Shown piece by piece: positions 12,673-24,934 of a DNA stretch of 64,000 bases; position 1 is the stretch's first letter, and each line of letters begins with the position of its first letter. Origin of the DNA: Eukaryota sp. GEM-RC1 (Eukaryota); contig JAUFOQ010000002.1 of assembly GCA_040285855.1 (NCBI GenBank), forward strand, positions 3,596,001-3,660,000, written 5' to 3'. The translations under genes and the position numbers were made by a program. A model generated the notes under the pieces. It saw only the letters and a list, made by a program, of their open reading frames with translations. It did not search any database and was not told where the DNA came from.

Positions 12673-13530
12673 TTAGACAACAGGATTTTCCTTGAACAGC
12701 TTGCACACAAAGAAAATGACAATAATGATGCAAATCTTCCACAAAAGATTGAACTGAAGACAAGAATTGGGAATACAGATGAATTGTCCAAGTAACCAGC
12801 ATACAAAAGCAAAGAACAAGATGATGCAAATGATATTGAACAGCTTGAATCCACCATTCTTCTCCATTTGCAGATATGTCTCACAGCAAACCGAAATGAT
12901 AATGAACACGAAGATCACAATGACAATCAACCACCAAGCCTTGATCTTCAACACGAAGAAGATGAAAACAATGACAACAATACACCAAAAGACGGGGTAC
13001 AAGGCACCTCCGTTCTCAGCACCATTCTTCTTATGCATTAACACTCTGTTGACCGAGTAGTAGGCAAACCATAGAGAGGTGAGTACAGAACCCAAATCAG
13101 ATAGTTGTTCACCAACCAGAGTTCTAGTAGCTTTCAATATCCACCAACCAATGAATAGGATAACCAAGGCAAAGCAGATGAACAACCAGTTGAATGTTTC
13201 CAAATGATGAGCAACATTTTTGTTTGTGAAGTGGCAAAGCTTCCAGATAAGGAACAAAATGATGAAAGCAAAGATGATCAAGGTCCATACTGAACAATCT
13301 CTGATGAAATCATGTTTGTTATCAGGTTCACAGAACTTGAGGGTGGATTGTTCATACGAAGTCCAATCGGAGGGAGCAAGGAACTTACCACAGATCCAGA
13401 ACAGAACGAAGATAATGACAACCCAGGTCAGAATCTTTTTGATACCTAAAGTGACAGCTGAAACTGAGAGAACATTGTCGAACTTCGGGAGAAGATCGTC
13501 ATCGTGTGTGGTCAAGCTAGAATAAGACAT
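12673..13530 (-). CDS. 7-8 TM membrane protein, alkaline ceramidase/CREST-like
   Basis: Intact 285-aa ORF; KFCEPDN resembles the ceramidase WCE.N motif and LKATRTLVGEQLSD resembles FHAT...GQLLD. Family call tentative. Confidence 0.6.
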   Translation of the reverse strand: MSYSSLTTHDDDLLPKFDNVLSVSAVTLGIKKILTWVVIIFVLFWICGKFLAPSDWTSYEQSTLKFCEPDNKHDFIRDCSVWTLIIFAFIILFLIWKLCHFTNKNVAHHLETFNWLFICFALVILFIGWWILKATRTLVGEQLSDLGSVLTSLWFAYYSVNRVLMHKKNGAENGGALYPVFWCIVVIVFIFFVLKIKAWWLIVIVIFVFIIISVCCETYLQMEKNGGFKLFNIICIILFFAFVCWLLGQFICIPNSCLQFNLLWKICIIIVIFFVCKLFKENPVV

Positions 13531-13624
13531 ATCACAAAGAAAACTAACGCAGGAACTGCTTGAGCATTCTTAACAGTGACTGTAGTTTAAATCTACAGTC
13601 CAGGGTATCTCCATATGGTATGAT

Positions 13625-14419
13625 GTGTTCGAGGAAGAAGTTAATCAATTGTTGTTCAATCACTTTTTTGCAGGTGGTTCTTGTAACTTTTGCATCATGA
13701 CTGGTGAACAACTTGTTGAGATCGATGAGTATCTAGATGATATGCTGCACAACAGATTCAATCTTCCTACTGAAGAACTTGTTACTAATTTCCATCTTGA
13801 AAAGCTTCGTGAGTTTCGATGTGAAGGATTTCCAAACGGTGTTGGTGTAGCCCATGATATTTCATGTCTCCGCTTCGCTATTAATCTGGAAAAACTCCAT
13901 CTCTCTTTCAATACTTTCTCTGACATTTCAGCATTATCGTCACTATCTAAGCTCTGTTATTTGGATCTATCTTTTACCAGCATTACAGACATCACTGCTC
14001 TTCAACATATCTCATCCCTTGAATATCTTGACATAAGGAGAACAGCTGTTTCTGATCTCACTCCTTTGGTTTCTTCTTCAAATCTACGGTCTCTGTACAT
14101 ATTCCGTTGTCCTGTTGATTCCTTACAACCTTTAGAGTCTTTGTCCAAGCTAGAACTTTTGCACGCAGGTTCCACGTGTATTACAGATCTAAGTCCTCTC
14201 TCAAGACTTGAAAATTTGAAGAATATTTCAATTTCTGGAACATCAGTTGTTGATGTTTCACCCCTGTCTGGATGTTTATCATTAACTAAGCTAGACATTG
14301 GACAAACGAAATTAACTGTACGACATTTAAAACCACTAAGGAAACTTTCTCAATTATTTGTTGTTAATGGAAATTCAGTTGTGAAACTAGGTAAAGCTCA
14401 TGATTGTTGTATTCAGTGA
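13625..14419 (+). CDS. Leucine-rich repeat protein (internalin/SDS22-like 22-aa repeats)
   Basis: About 7 LxxLxLxxTxIxDLxPL repeats; start uncertain (first in-frame ATG ~13697). Confidence 0.85.
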   Translation: MFEEEVNQLLFNHFFAGGSCNFCIMTGEQLVEIDEYLDDMLHNRFNLPTEELVTNFHLEKLREFRCEGFPNGVGVAHDISCLRFAINLEKLHLSFNTFSDISALSSLSKLCYLDLSFTSITDITALQHISSLEYLDIRRTAVSDLTPLVSSSNLRSLYIFRCPVDSLQPLESLSKLELLHAGSTCITDLSPLSRLENLKNISISGTSVVDVSPLSGCLSLTKLDIGQTKLTVRHLKPLRKLSQLFVVNGNSVVKLGKAHDCCIQ

Positions 14420-14955
14420 TACTTTCTAGTATTAAAACTATGATCATTTTAAATCAATGACAATCATCAATTCAATTGAACCATCGTGACTTACTGATTT
14501 CATGATTACTTTGTTGCTCTAATTTTCGAGTTTTGGTCTCAACCAATCCCACATCTTCCAGTTATCATGTCACTGCTTTTTTAAAGTAACAAACTATTTG
14601 CTAACTCGTGCAATATGAGATTTGAAATCAAATAGGACAATCATTTCAGCTCGTAGTTTTGCCAATCAAAAGGTTACAACGCAGTGTTGTAGCAAACAAA
14701 ACGTACCAAGTAAAGTCATGATGCAAGTGATTTGAATGTAAACTGTATTCTTCAGAATTTTCGAGTAGTTTGTTTAAATATCATTTTTTACTGACCTTCT
14801 TTTGGATGGTTTTTTGGTCCATGAACTAATTGCTTTAGAGTTGCTACTAAATATATGTCTGTAGCTGGTCCTAACAACAATTCATCTCACGGAAGAATGA
14901 TGTGGATAACAAATATTGTTCATTGGTAGTTTCCTGGAGATAAGCTGCTTGAAAG

Positions 14956-16616
14956 CATAGATGGGAAATACAACTTCATGCCTCTGTATTAATACAAATA
15001 CAGATACAAATACAACGAATACAAATACACTATTTTTATCACGTGAGTGTATTTCGATTGTATTTCAGGTGGAAACATATGTGTTACTTTGATAAGACCA
15101 TTGAAAATAATCAAGTATACTATGAAGTGGTAGTGCGAAAAACTTTATACGTTTCATCGTTTTGACGCTGAAAGTAGTTGAACTTTGGTTTTTATACTAT
15201 AAAAACTCAACAAAAACCAAATACTATGATAGAGAGTGGGTGAGCAATCAAGATAAAAATGAACTAAAAAGTATACAGCTTCATCTACTGGTAGATTCAA
15301 CTTTTAAGGTCTTTGATGTGATTATAGTCGGTGTTTGTAAACAAGTGCATTTAAACAAGCCACTAAGTGAAGTTTCTCCCCATATTTTTCAGAAAAATTG
15401 AAGAGAAATAAATACCATGCCCCTTGACTCTCTATTTCAACGAGCACCTGTTCTATAGGAAGTTGTCGGAGATTAAGTTGTTGCGCTGATATCCGCGCAG
15501 ATGAGATGTAAACAGTATAATGGGAGAGGATGCAAGTGTTTTTGTAGAAGTCATAACATAATCAGCAATGTAAAAAGTCTTATCGTTATCTTACTGTTTT
15601 TCTGACATTCAACAGTAAATGTATTATCTGGAATGATATCTTATCTTATTTATTGGTTATCTTGGGTCAAAGCAATAAATAAATCTTCAATAACGGAAGT
15701 AACAAATCACTAAGAACAAGAATTTGATCATATTCATCAATTGGCGCCTGATTGGATTGCGGTGTGAGATAATATATTAAAAATTTCCAATAGAAGTTTG
15801 ATCCCATAGATCAACACTGTACAACAAGAACAGTTGCCTTCCTAACGCTTTTGAGTTCAGATTTGGTTTAGTGTTTCCTGAAGTCCTTCTTAGCTCTACT
15901 GAAAAGCATCCCAGATGTCAAAGCTTTATCCGTAGGTTTAAGGTAACCTTCCTACAAAACTATGAGCATCCCATATTCATTTCTAGTTACAAATCTACAA
16001 TATAAATCTATATATTTTAAATCTTGATTAGTTCGTTGCTGTTTACGTTTGTTCAATCTTTTATTTCAGCCACCGTGACTGCATGCTCTCTGTTACTTTG
16101 GAGTTCAAATGCTTCAACACAATTCTACTTTATTCTAAATTGACATCAAGATAAAATCAGATTACAGAAAGAAAATGAATGTTCTTGAATTATCTTATCT
16201 TATTGAAATATATCGTATATTGTTGAGTTTTCAAGATAAATATATTGTGGGGAGAGAGTGTCACAATAAGATAACAATAAATATATATATTGTTATTGAA
16301 CAATATATGAATTTATTTTACATTCCTGAATATATGTGGATGAATTGGAATTTCCTGAACACACACAACTTCATCCTATCACTGTACGTACTTTTGCAGG
16401 AGAAACATTGTATTTGGTACTCAAACAGTATTTTTATCACGTGAATCTACATTGTATATGCAAATAGATAGAATGAATGAGACTAAATAGTAATCACTAA
16501 ATACTGATATTAAAAATTCCAAAAAAAAATACAAATAAGGGCTTTGTATTAATACAAATACAAAATACAAAATACAAAGTACACAGAATACATGTATTCT
16601 GTATTTCCCATCTATG
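14956..16616. mobile_element. Non-autonomous hAT element (1661 bp)
   Basis: 17-bp TIR CATAGATGGGAAATACA / TGTATTTCCCATCTATG; 8-bp TSD CTTGAAAG (14948-14955) vs CTTGAGAG (16617-16624); AATACA subterminal repeats at both ends. Confidence 0.85.
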
Positions 16617-16699
16617 CTTGAGAGTATGTCTCCCGCTCCCACTTCAGTGTTGATCGGACTGATGTTAGGATATTAAGATTTATAATGCTTAATACGGAG

Positions 16700-17246
16700 T
16701 CCATTTTTATTTATTGAACTGTAACGGTTATATTTCTTTTTAGAAGTAAGGTTCATAATTCTGAAAGGGATTAATTACATTGTATGTGTAAATCTTATGG
16801 AATACTTTCCTTTCTAGAACCAGTTCTGGCTGGGCTGGTTGATGATACAGATGTTGACTAATCGTTTGGAAATAGCCGTGGTGATGTCATATTTCCTGGT
16901 GTCGATGGTTCTTTCATTATTGCTGATGTTATGTCTATCTTCTAGTTTTGGTTAGTGTACGTGGTAAGTTGGTGTCTTCAAATATAATTATTTTGTACTT
17001 TCAATGTACGGTTCTTTAGGTGAATCTGCAACATCAGTGTTTGACATCTTTGTGCAGATTGTAAAAGAAAAAACATTTAGGACTTTTGATCTTAGATTTA
17101 GGAAAAATCGAACTGTGTTTGCCATCTTTAAAGGTATGGTGATTTCTGTATCTAACGCTTTATTATCTCTTGGCAGACATTATGAGGATAAGTTAGGTGA
17201 AAATTTCCAGATAGGCATTCTGGGCTTTGAGGATATTGATTATTAG
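16700..17246 (+). mobile_element. Degenerate RLE retrotransposon fragment R4 (second subfamily)
   Basis: RSKVHNS..RD, LEPVL, SRGDVIFP, IADVMS, SMYGSLG, KNRTVFAIFKG; boundaries approximate. Confidence 0.7.
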
Positions 17247-17535
17247 ATGTATGTACACTGTAGTGTTGTTGTCAATAATATTCAGTGTGCAAAAAAAGAA
17301 CTTAGGAATTATTCACTTTACGGCTTATAACAGAACTTGAACTTCTGCAACCACACCTATTAATTCGTGTGCGACACATACATTGAGTTTAAGCCAAGAA
17401 TATTCCGTCAACTCTGAAGGGATTCGATAAGGATTCACTTCGTGTTTGTCAGTTAGTCTATGACAGTTAGTCCTCATTCATTGATGAAGTTTGTCCTTTA
17501 AGATGACACTGTGTTGATTGATTCCAAAGCATGAA

Positions 17536-17607
17536 TCGGTCATAGTATAGTGGTGAGTATCCCCGCCTGTCACGCGGGAGGCCGGGGTTCGATTCCCCGT
17601 GACCGAG
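17536..17607 (+). tRNA. tRNA-Asp(GTC)
   Basis: Acceptor stem TCGGTCA/TGACCGA with G discriminator, D-arm TAGTATAGTGGTGAGTA, anticodon arm CCCGC-CTGTCAC-GCGGG, T-arm CGGGG-TTCGATT-CCCCG; T5 terminator at ~17613. Confidence 0.97.
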
Positions 17608-17979
17608 TAACATTTTTCTGTTTTGATCTCACACTATGGCTCAATCATTGGATCAGTATATGGAAATGCGTTACTTTGAACATGTTATGCAACAGCCCTG
17701 TTGATTGTGCTATATTATCATCTATTTCCACATTACATAGTGTTTACTCTAATGGAAAATGTTGTCAATAAAACTTGTTATTTAAAAAAATGTTTTGTTA
17801 AAAAGATGCACATTCAAATATTCTTTACACTTTTAAACAGAATTGAACTTAATTTCTGTATCTTTAGGGATGCAATTATTTAAACCTGAGAACCAATTTC
17901 TTCACAGTTGAATTCTGTTACAAAGAGCAACACCTAGACCCTTTTTGTCGTAATTCTTGACAAGAGAAAACTGCTAGAA

Positions 17980-19052
17980 TGGCTGTTTGTTTGGAGGTTG
18001 AACTATCAGTACCAAATTTGATTGCCAAAACTTCCGGTCAAACAATAAACATTTTTATTTTTACGGCTCTTACGCTTTATTGAACTCTTTGGAGGAGTTA
18101 GTTCAAGGTTTGCCTATTGAAGTTTCCCGAAAAGTGTTTCATCTATTCCTGATCGGTCAATTGAATTTCTACCTCTTGCTGTAGTTAAGTTACTGAATGC
18201 TACATTACTTGGGTTGGAAGACTTGAATTTTAGTAAAAGACTTAGTGTTACTAAGATTGATAATCCCGTCTTTGCAGCTCTTTTATGTGACATTCAACAA
18301 TGTTCTATCTTCATCATTCAACAACCTAGACCTTTGGTTTACATTTGAACAATGATGCTTGGAAGCAAAATATGCGTCTTCGATTAGGTTTATTCCCTAG
18401 TGGCTTGCTAAATAATTCAATCTGTGTTTGCGATAACCGATCTACAGCCACGTTTCGTCATGTTGTTAGTTGCAAGAAATTTTTGCAATTTCGTTCTGTT
18501 CTACATAACGCTGTTCGTGACGTTACTTATGAGATGTTCAAATCCTACAACTATAGTTGTAAAATTGAACCTCTTCTGAAACATTATAGTGACAATAACG
18601 TGTTTGATTCTCGGCGTGGTGACTTCATTGCTCCTTTTCTGGATTCATCTCAAGTTGTGGTTGATTTTACTACAGTTGACCCGTTTGCAAAAGTCTACCA
18701 AGACTCCATACTGAATGATTCGAATGGTCATCTGGACAAGGCTGAACAGCGAAAGTGTTCAAATTATGCGGATGCTTTGTAGAAGCTTAATGAAAATCAA
18801 TATTCTAAGTTTTCTTTTGTTCCATTTGCAATTTCAATTTTTGGTAATATTGGTCCAGCCGGTTTAAAGTTTTTCAGTGATTTTAGTCTTCTATGTTCTA
18901 ATGACAAGGTGTTTAATAGCGCTGTATGGATTAATCGAATTATGTTTGCTCTTTATAGGAGCATTCCCGAGTATTTATGTTCCATTTATTCGAAGTTGTA
19001 TCGGGACAATTCTCGTGTTGATGTGGAGAATTTAACTTCTTTCATTTTCTGA
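17980..19052 (+). mobile_element. RLE retrotransposon 3' fragment R5
   Basis: NMRLRLGLFP, CVCDN..FRHVVSC, VLHNAVRD, IEPLL, RRGDFIAP, DFTTVDP, AEQRKCSNY, FVPFAISIFG; in-frame stop at 18780. Confidence 0.85.
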
Positions 19053-19388
19053 AACATCATGTATTAATTTATTGTTGCAAATAAACTCTTCTTTATTTTT
19101 TTTAAATACAAATTTGAAATGTCCAATGGCATAAGTTTTGTTGCTTACTAGTAATTGTGAGAAATACTTCAGTGATATAAAATACTCAAACATTTTTCTA
19201 CTAGATGTAAAAAAAACGTATAATACAAAACTCTATACAAGTGCAACAACCGAACAACGAAAATATTAATGATGATACAGATAAATACAAGTACAAGTTT
19301 CAAATTACGAACAAAAGACTTCAATTTCATCACATACATAGAAATAGAAACCGGCCGACAGTATATCATTGAAAATGAATTCACATAG

Positions 19389-20686
19389 TTACCGTAGAAA
19401 TTGATACAAACTAGTAGCAGTCCCAAAAACTCCAAAAATAAAACCGAAAATACATAAAGAAAAATTAAAAACAACAACACTTCGAGGTAAACTTGGTCTA
19501 AACAACTTTAAATAACAAATCGTGGGAGCAATAAATCCCAAAAAACATCCTACAGTTGATCCAACCAAAGTGATTAGAAAGGTGACGTGATTTTGGGTCA
19601 CAATTGCTACAAACAGACACGTGAGAAGAACAATCAAACGGATAGCAAGCCGTTTCAAGACAAACTTCAAACGTGATGGCCGAAGACCCATTTTTGAAAT
19701 TTTCTGTATCGGTTCCGAATATTAAATTCTAACGACTGGAAAAGTGGAATTGACATAATAAACAAACTAATCAGCATCGAAATACAAACCAATATCGAGC
19801 TGGTGTTTAAAAATAGAGGATTTTTCAATAATTGTGTGAAAGGTTGGTCTGATATTTGAGTTCCAAACGCCATACATATAATTATGGAAAACACAGAAAA
19901 TATAATCAACAAAGACAACAAACTAAAGACCAAAATCCTGTCAAACTGAGATTGGTGTTTCATGGAGTTGAACGTAGGCAGCGTTAATGACCGCCCCTCG
20001 AGGAGATAGATTAGTTGACCAAAGAAGCTAATGGCACCAGGAGTGTCGAACAGAGTTAATGAAGGGGAGATTCCATCAGATAGAATGATGGTGAGTGATC
20101 GGGAAGAAACGATGAGAATAGCAAACAGGAGACAGATTGAAGCAGCGAAGGCAACCCAGGCAGCTCCTTTGAACTGACGGATCAAGCAAAGTAAAAGGAT
20201 GGGAAGAAGAAGAAAGCCAAGCCATTGAGAAGTGGAAAGATGGGGTACAAAAGAACAAGCTTCAAGAAAAGAAGCGATTAGGATCATATGGGTGACGATG
20301 ACCGTGGATTGGAAGCATTTGGAACAAACATTGACAAGAAGTCCAAAGGGACGACAAACAGCCAGAGTAGCTAGTTTAGAGAAACTGGCTCCGGCTTCTT
20401 CTAATTCTCTCCGACATCGAACCAACAGCAACATAGAGTAGAGATTTAAAAGGAGAACCACTGGGAAGAAGACGATGGCAAGTATTCCAGCATTTGAGAG
20501 ACCGTGGGGAATCGTTAGACATCCAGCACTAGTGTAGCACTTCACAATGGTAAAGATCACACCAAAGTTGTTGATGCGTCTATGACTGGGGATTCTGATG
20601 AGGTTAGCTTCCTCAATTTCCTCATCCTCAGAGCGTCCTAGGTATTGTAAATCAACATTAAGAAGGGAGATATAAGAAGTCGTCAT
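19389..20686 (-). CDS. Amino-acid transporter (AAAP/Aa_trans, SLC36/Avt3-like)
   Basis: KCYTSAGCLTIPHGLSNAG, IYLLEG..LP..NSMKH..QF, FITLVGSTVG..LGFIAP; one shift at an A/T run near 19690. Confidence 0.9.
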
Positions 20687-21145
20687 CCAGCATGGGAGTC
20701 AAGAAAATGTTTCTTTGAATCAATTAAATTCAGGCTAAGATACTAGCGACGAATTTGTGCACGTACTCAGTCTGTGCGCACTGCGTGCGATCTGCATGTA
20801 ATAAAAAATGCTAAATACTATTGTACTAATTGTAGTTCTATTGGTACATCAAAAGCAGTACTTGGGTACGATTCATTTTGAACTTGACTTATGTCCTAAA
20901 AGGGTTCAATGAGTGGAAATAAACAGACAAGCTCTTTATCTAATCTCAATGTCAGTGAACTCCTTAAAATTATTTCGCCTTTCTTTCAAAAGTGACTTAA
21001 ACCTACTTCACCTCTCTTTGAGAAGTAGTAGCGGGGAACCTCTTCAAAAAAGTAACGTTGCGAAATAGCAGTGTTCCATTGAACTTTTAGCGTAATAGCC
21101 GTATTGGTGGTGAGGTTGAACATTATTATCCAATTTGTTGACATA

Positions 21146-21209
21146 CAGTCTTCCCCCGGTTTATGGACTGGACATAAACCGAATTTGGACATAAACCGGG
21201 GGAAGGTTG
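21146..21209. mobile_element. 64-bp pogo/Tc1-type MITE
   Basis: TA|CAGTCTTCCCCCGGTTTATG...CATAAACCGGGGGAAGGTTG|TA; a second copy lies at 25575. Confidence 0.8.
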
Positions 21210-21588
21210 TATGAGAAACATTTAGTCTCAGTACAGAATTAGTCTCACGGAGATTAACTTTGTCCTAATCGTTTTGAAAAGTGCTCTTGTCAGACTATTT
21301 TTGTCCTCACATTTTGAATATGCCCTTTTCCATTTCAACCATATAATATGTACAACTAAGGAATTACACATTTTAATAAAAGTTATAGAACTGAAAGGAA
21401 TGATTTTTGTAAAAGACTTGTGCTCAATCAATGAATAACCGTCACTCTGGATCTCCTATTCTTCAATCTTTTGCTAGACATCAACATATTCAACATCAAC
21501 GGCAACAATCACAACCTGGGAACCTTAATTTACCTCAACAAGATCCTGAGCCTGAGCATCATGAAGACTTACATGATAATCGTGACGA

Positions 21589-21730
21589 ATAGGGATGGTA
21601 ATGGATTGGTTTGGTTTGGTTTTGGTTCTCAAAATTTGAACCAAACCAACCCAGAACCACACACGACTAAACCACACCAAACAAGCACCATAGACGTCTG
21701 AAACAAACCAGAATCACGAACCATATGGTT
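21589..21730 (+). mobile_element. Probable hAT left end with GGTTT/AAACC subterminal repeats
   Basis: TAGGGATGG start typical of hAT TIRs, followed by opposed ggttt and aaacc arrays; matching right end not found. Confidence 0.5.
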
Positions 21731-21788
21731 CTATTTATTTGTATCAATAGTATTGTGTTTATTTGGAATAATACAATACACATTTTTC

Positions 21789-22294
21789 TAGTGTTGTACG
21801 AAACGTGTGAAAATTCATGTGGAAACGTGTTTACGTTTCGGAATCGCGTTTCCGTTTCCGAAACGTCGTTTTATGGTTCTACATCTCAATTTTTCTCCAC
21901 CAACATTCTCTCTTCGAAAAAATTCCGTTTAACTGGTATCATTGATTTTTATCAGTTCTTTGTTGTACGTGCAGGTGTTATACATGTTGTTATGGATTGT
22001 ACTTCTCAATGTTATGAAATTGAGAGAGAAAATTGGATCACAAACTACAGTTAAGCCTGTAAGTGTTTTCGTTTTAGTGCTTTGCTACTGTGCATCCAAT
22101 TTTATTGGTAACATTCATATAAAGAGTATTACAGTACAATAAACGGAACATACTTTTCAACAAATCTACGGGAGTCATCAAGTTTTGGAAACATTTATTC
22201 ACGTTTCGGATGCGTTTCCTGTGAGTCATTAACGTCTCTGAAAGGTCTCGGAAACGGAAATGTTGGAAACGCCGAAACGATTCGTGCAACACTA
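21789..22294. mobile_element. Non-autonomous hAT element (506 bp)
   Basis: TIR TAGTGTTGTACGAA / TTCGTGCAACACTA; perfect TSD CATTTTTC (21781-21788, 22295-22302); GAAACG/CGTTTC subterminal repeats. Confidence 0.92.
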
Positions 22295-22534
22295 CATTTT
22301 TCTTACATGTCTGATATACAATACCTTTCGGGAAAGCAACCTCAATCTCAACCTGAAGCTGAACCCCAACCTGAAGCTCACCCTACTTCTCCAACGATGT
22401 ATATCGTGTGGAACTACTTCTAGAAAATTGGTTTTGTAGAAATGCAAGATGCTCTTTTGCCTCCCTAAAATTAGCAATTAAAATCTACCAAAATTACTAA
22501 ATATCGCGCGCAAGAAATATTCGGACCGGGCAAA

Positions 22535-22730
22535 GATCCATTGGAGTGATGGTGCTCATCTAGAAATGGTTTTCCGTGGCTTTTCCAAAATTGCAAGGGA
22601 CTTTCTTGCAATTCAAGTCACATCTGTCCCTTGTGAACAACTATTTTCTTTTGCTGGATGAACTGTGACCAAATTACGTAATCGATTAAGCTATGATAGT
22701 GTACAAGCCTTGATGACAGTACAATTGTAG
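22535..22730 (+). pseudogene. hAT transposase C-terminal dimerisation domain relic
   Basis: DPLE*W..FP..SKIARDFLAIQVTSVPCEQLFSFAG*TVTKLRNRLSYDSVQALM matches the hATC motif, with stops. Confidence 0.85.
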
Positions 22731-23259
22731 TATTGTTAATTTTGTTTACATCTTTAGATTTTATGTATCTTTAAGAGGTAAAAGATTTTTTTGTGTAAGA
22801 CAACTGTCAACTTATTGCTTCAAACAACAGCAATGCAGTCCTTTCAATCATATCCCCACCCTCTAATAAAGTGAAGAGGCTCTTCAGTCACCCAAAACTC
22901 ACTTAAGATTGTCATGGACATGTTGTAGAATACTTTAGTTAGTATCTGTTAGTTATTAATTTCTACAATGCATTTATTTCACTGATTGATCATAAACCCC
23001 GTTCTATTTCAGATAAACGATAGTTGTTATTGCTCTACAAACATGCTGTCTGGAATGATAGAAATAATTCTCAGGATATTCAACTCCTAGAAAAAACTGT
23101 TGTTGTAAATAAACACCGTTATGTTTGTAGTTTACAATACTTTCTTTGTTACGTTCGCTGCCTAAGTTTTTAAATCAATTATGACAAAGTTGGATAAGAA
23201 CTGTGGTACTGTTGATCATGAATTTTTTCTGTCTGTTGTTTCATCGCTAAATACATATC

Positions 23260-23332
23260 CAGTCAACTCTCTATAAATGCACACTCCATAAATGCACACA
23301 CCCAAACGTGTGCTTTTATAGAGAGTTGACTG
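23260..23332. mobile_element. 73-bp pogo-type MITE (second family)
   Basis: CAGTCAACTCTCTATAA / TTATAGAGAGTTGACTG inverted ends; right flank TA. Confidence 0.8.
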
Positions 23333-23429
23333 TACATTTATTGTTCACAATAACAATGCTAAAAAATTTTAACGAAGTCTCATTTATGGAACAAAAACTC
23401 TAAGATAAACACAACTACAGTGTACTAGA

Positions 23430-24010
23430 ACTCAATATCATTAAAGCAACAATCATTGCCATTAAAACTCACATCAGCTTTTGAAATCATGATAGAAATT
23501 GTTTTAAATATTTAAAAAACAATAGGATTCATCCAAAACTTGAAATCAAATTTCTTGTTCATTCTTTTTTTGACAACTTTCTCAAAAATCAGAGAGAAAA
23601 CAAAAAGCATCTTTACCGAGTCGACCATAAATTGAAGCTGCAAAAGACATAATTTGCACTCAACATGTCTAGTATTTTTGAGAGCAGTCAATGGTACATC
23701 ATATTTGTTTCTCTTGTATTGTTCTGAAAAATCCAGTGGAGAAACTGCATTTTTGCCATCCTTGAATGCACTTTTTGCAAACATCCACAGTAATCACATC
23801 AAAAACCGTTAGTTCATCGTTGACTGATGGAACTATGACATCAGCTATTCTTTTACCAAAAGTCTTATCAGAATCACTATTTTTAAATTATTTATTTCCA
23901 GTGATCTCAACAGTGGCTCAATGAAATATTCGATTTTGTAGGACTTACACATGGCATGAATTTGATCTCTGACAGCATCATGGATGCAAGTTCTATAAGT
24001 AATGAAACGA
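23430..24010 (-). mobile_element. Degenerate RLE retrotransposon fragment R6
   Basis: Minus strand: HDAVRDQIH.MCKSYKI, RIADVIVP, DVITVDV, SEQYKRNKY, FWMNPIVF. Confidence 0.75.
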
Positions 24011-24328
24011 TTGCAACTCAAAAGATGAGAAAAAGTAACAAATTTACCACATTTACATCGAAGATCATTAATACTGTATTGTTCCAGATCTTATATTGCC
24101 AAATAAATATTGTTGGTGCAAAATATCAAAAAATATTTTTTGCGATAACTCATTTAATGCTCTAGCTGTTTACAGTGAACGCTAACACGTTCAAAATCGA
24201 ATCTAACACGTATTAACACGTGTTAACACGCGTGTTACGTGTCAGGCCGTGTTACGTGTTAGCTAGGTTTCAGAGAGAAGATTTCCCCACAAATTTCCTC
24301 ACTAAAAACATCTATAAGCAATTAGCTG

Positions 24329-24934
24329 ATGTCCTTAGATCACCTACAAGATCAATTCGACTCTGGAGTTTCTGCTATTCAGTCAACCTTCAGTCAAATT
24401 CAAAACCTTTTTGGTGATGAAAACCAGAACCTCAAAGACGAAAACAAGCAACTAAAATCCCGCATAGCCTCTCTTGAATACAATCTCACTCATGTGACAA
24501 AGAAGTACAACTCTCTTAGAAATCGTCTCTGCGAGTTAACCGAAGACAGTTCTGAAGAAGTTGACACCCCACTTCAATCCAACATTAAGCTTTCTTCTTC
24601 TGCCTCGCCGTCCAACGATACCATAACGGAGCTTACTGAACTCCTTGCTCAAGATCGCACCCCTATACCGGATCAAAGTCCCTCTATTTCCACTATGTCT
24701 CCTTTCATGTACAGCTCCTCCCACTTCGAAACTGACAGAATTGATCCAAAGGTGTTCTATCGGGAAGTAAAGGAACATCTGCCCAAGGAACAATTCATCA
24801 AGTTTGCAGCTGCCATTAGGTCTTATAATCAAGGAGACTTCACTAGTTCAGAGATATTGGAAACAATGAGGGGAATTGGTCTTTCGGGAGCTTTGTATTC
24901 AAATTTTGTCCGGCTTTTGGCTCAAACTAAGTAG
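24329..24934 (+). CDS. At4g15545-like protein (N-terminal coiled coil plus C-terminal helical domain)
   Basis: Intact 201-aa ORF; C-terminal IDPKVFYREVKEHLPKEQFIKFAAAIRSYN resembles the DGKEFFRQ.R.RLSYEQF..FL..IK.LN family motif. Confidence 0.7.
   Translation: MSLDHLQDQFDSGVSAIQSTFSQIQNLFGDENQNLKDENKQLKSRIASLEYNLTHVTKKYNSLRNRLCELTEDSSEEVDTPLQSNIKLSSSASPSNDTITELTELLAQDRTPIPDQSPSISTMSPFMYSSSHFETDRIDPKVFYREVKEHLPKEQFIKFAAAIRSYNQGDFTSSEILETMRGIGLSGALYSNFVRLLAQTK

Noticed and set aside
14869..16670. Outer TIR pair (TCCTAACA / TGTTAGGA) around the hAT element
   Set aside because: Only about 12 of 15 bases match and there is no TSD; insufficient support.
17550..17771. 73-aa ORF
   Set aside because: It overlaps tRNA-Asp and is spurious.
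17300..19052. tRNA-targeted insertion of RLE copies R4 and R5
   Set aside because: Both lie about 300-400 bp from the tRNA, and the other seven copies have no tRNA nearby.
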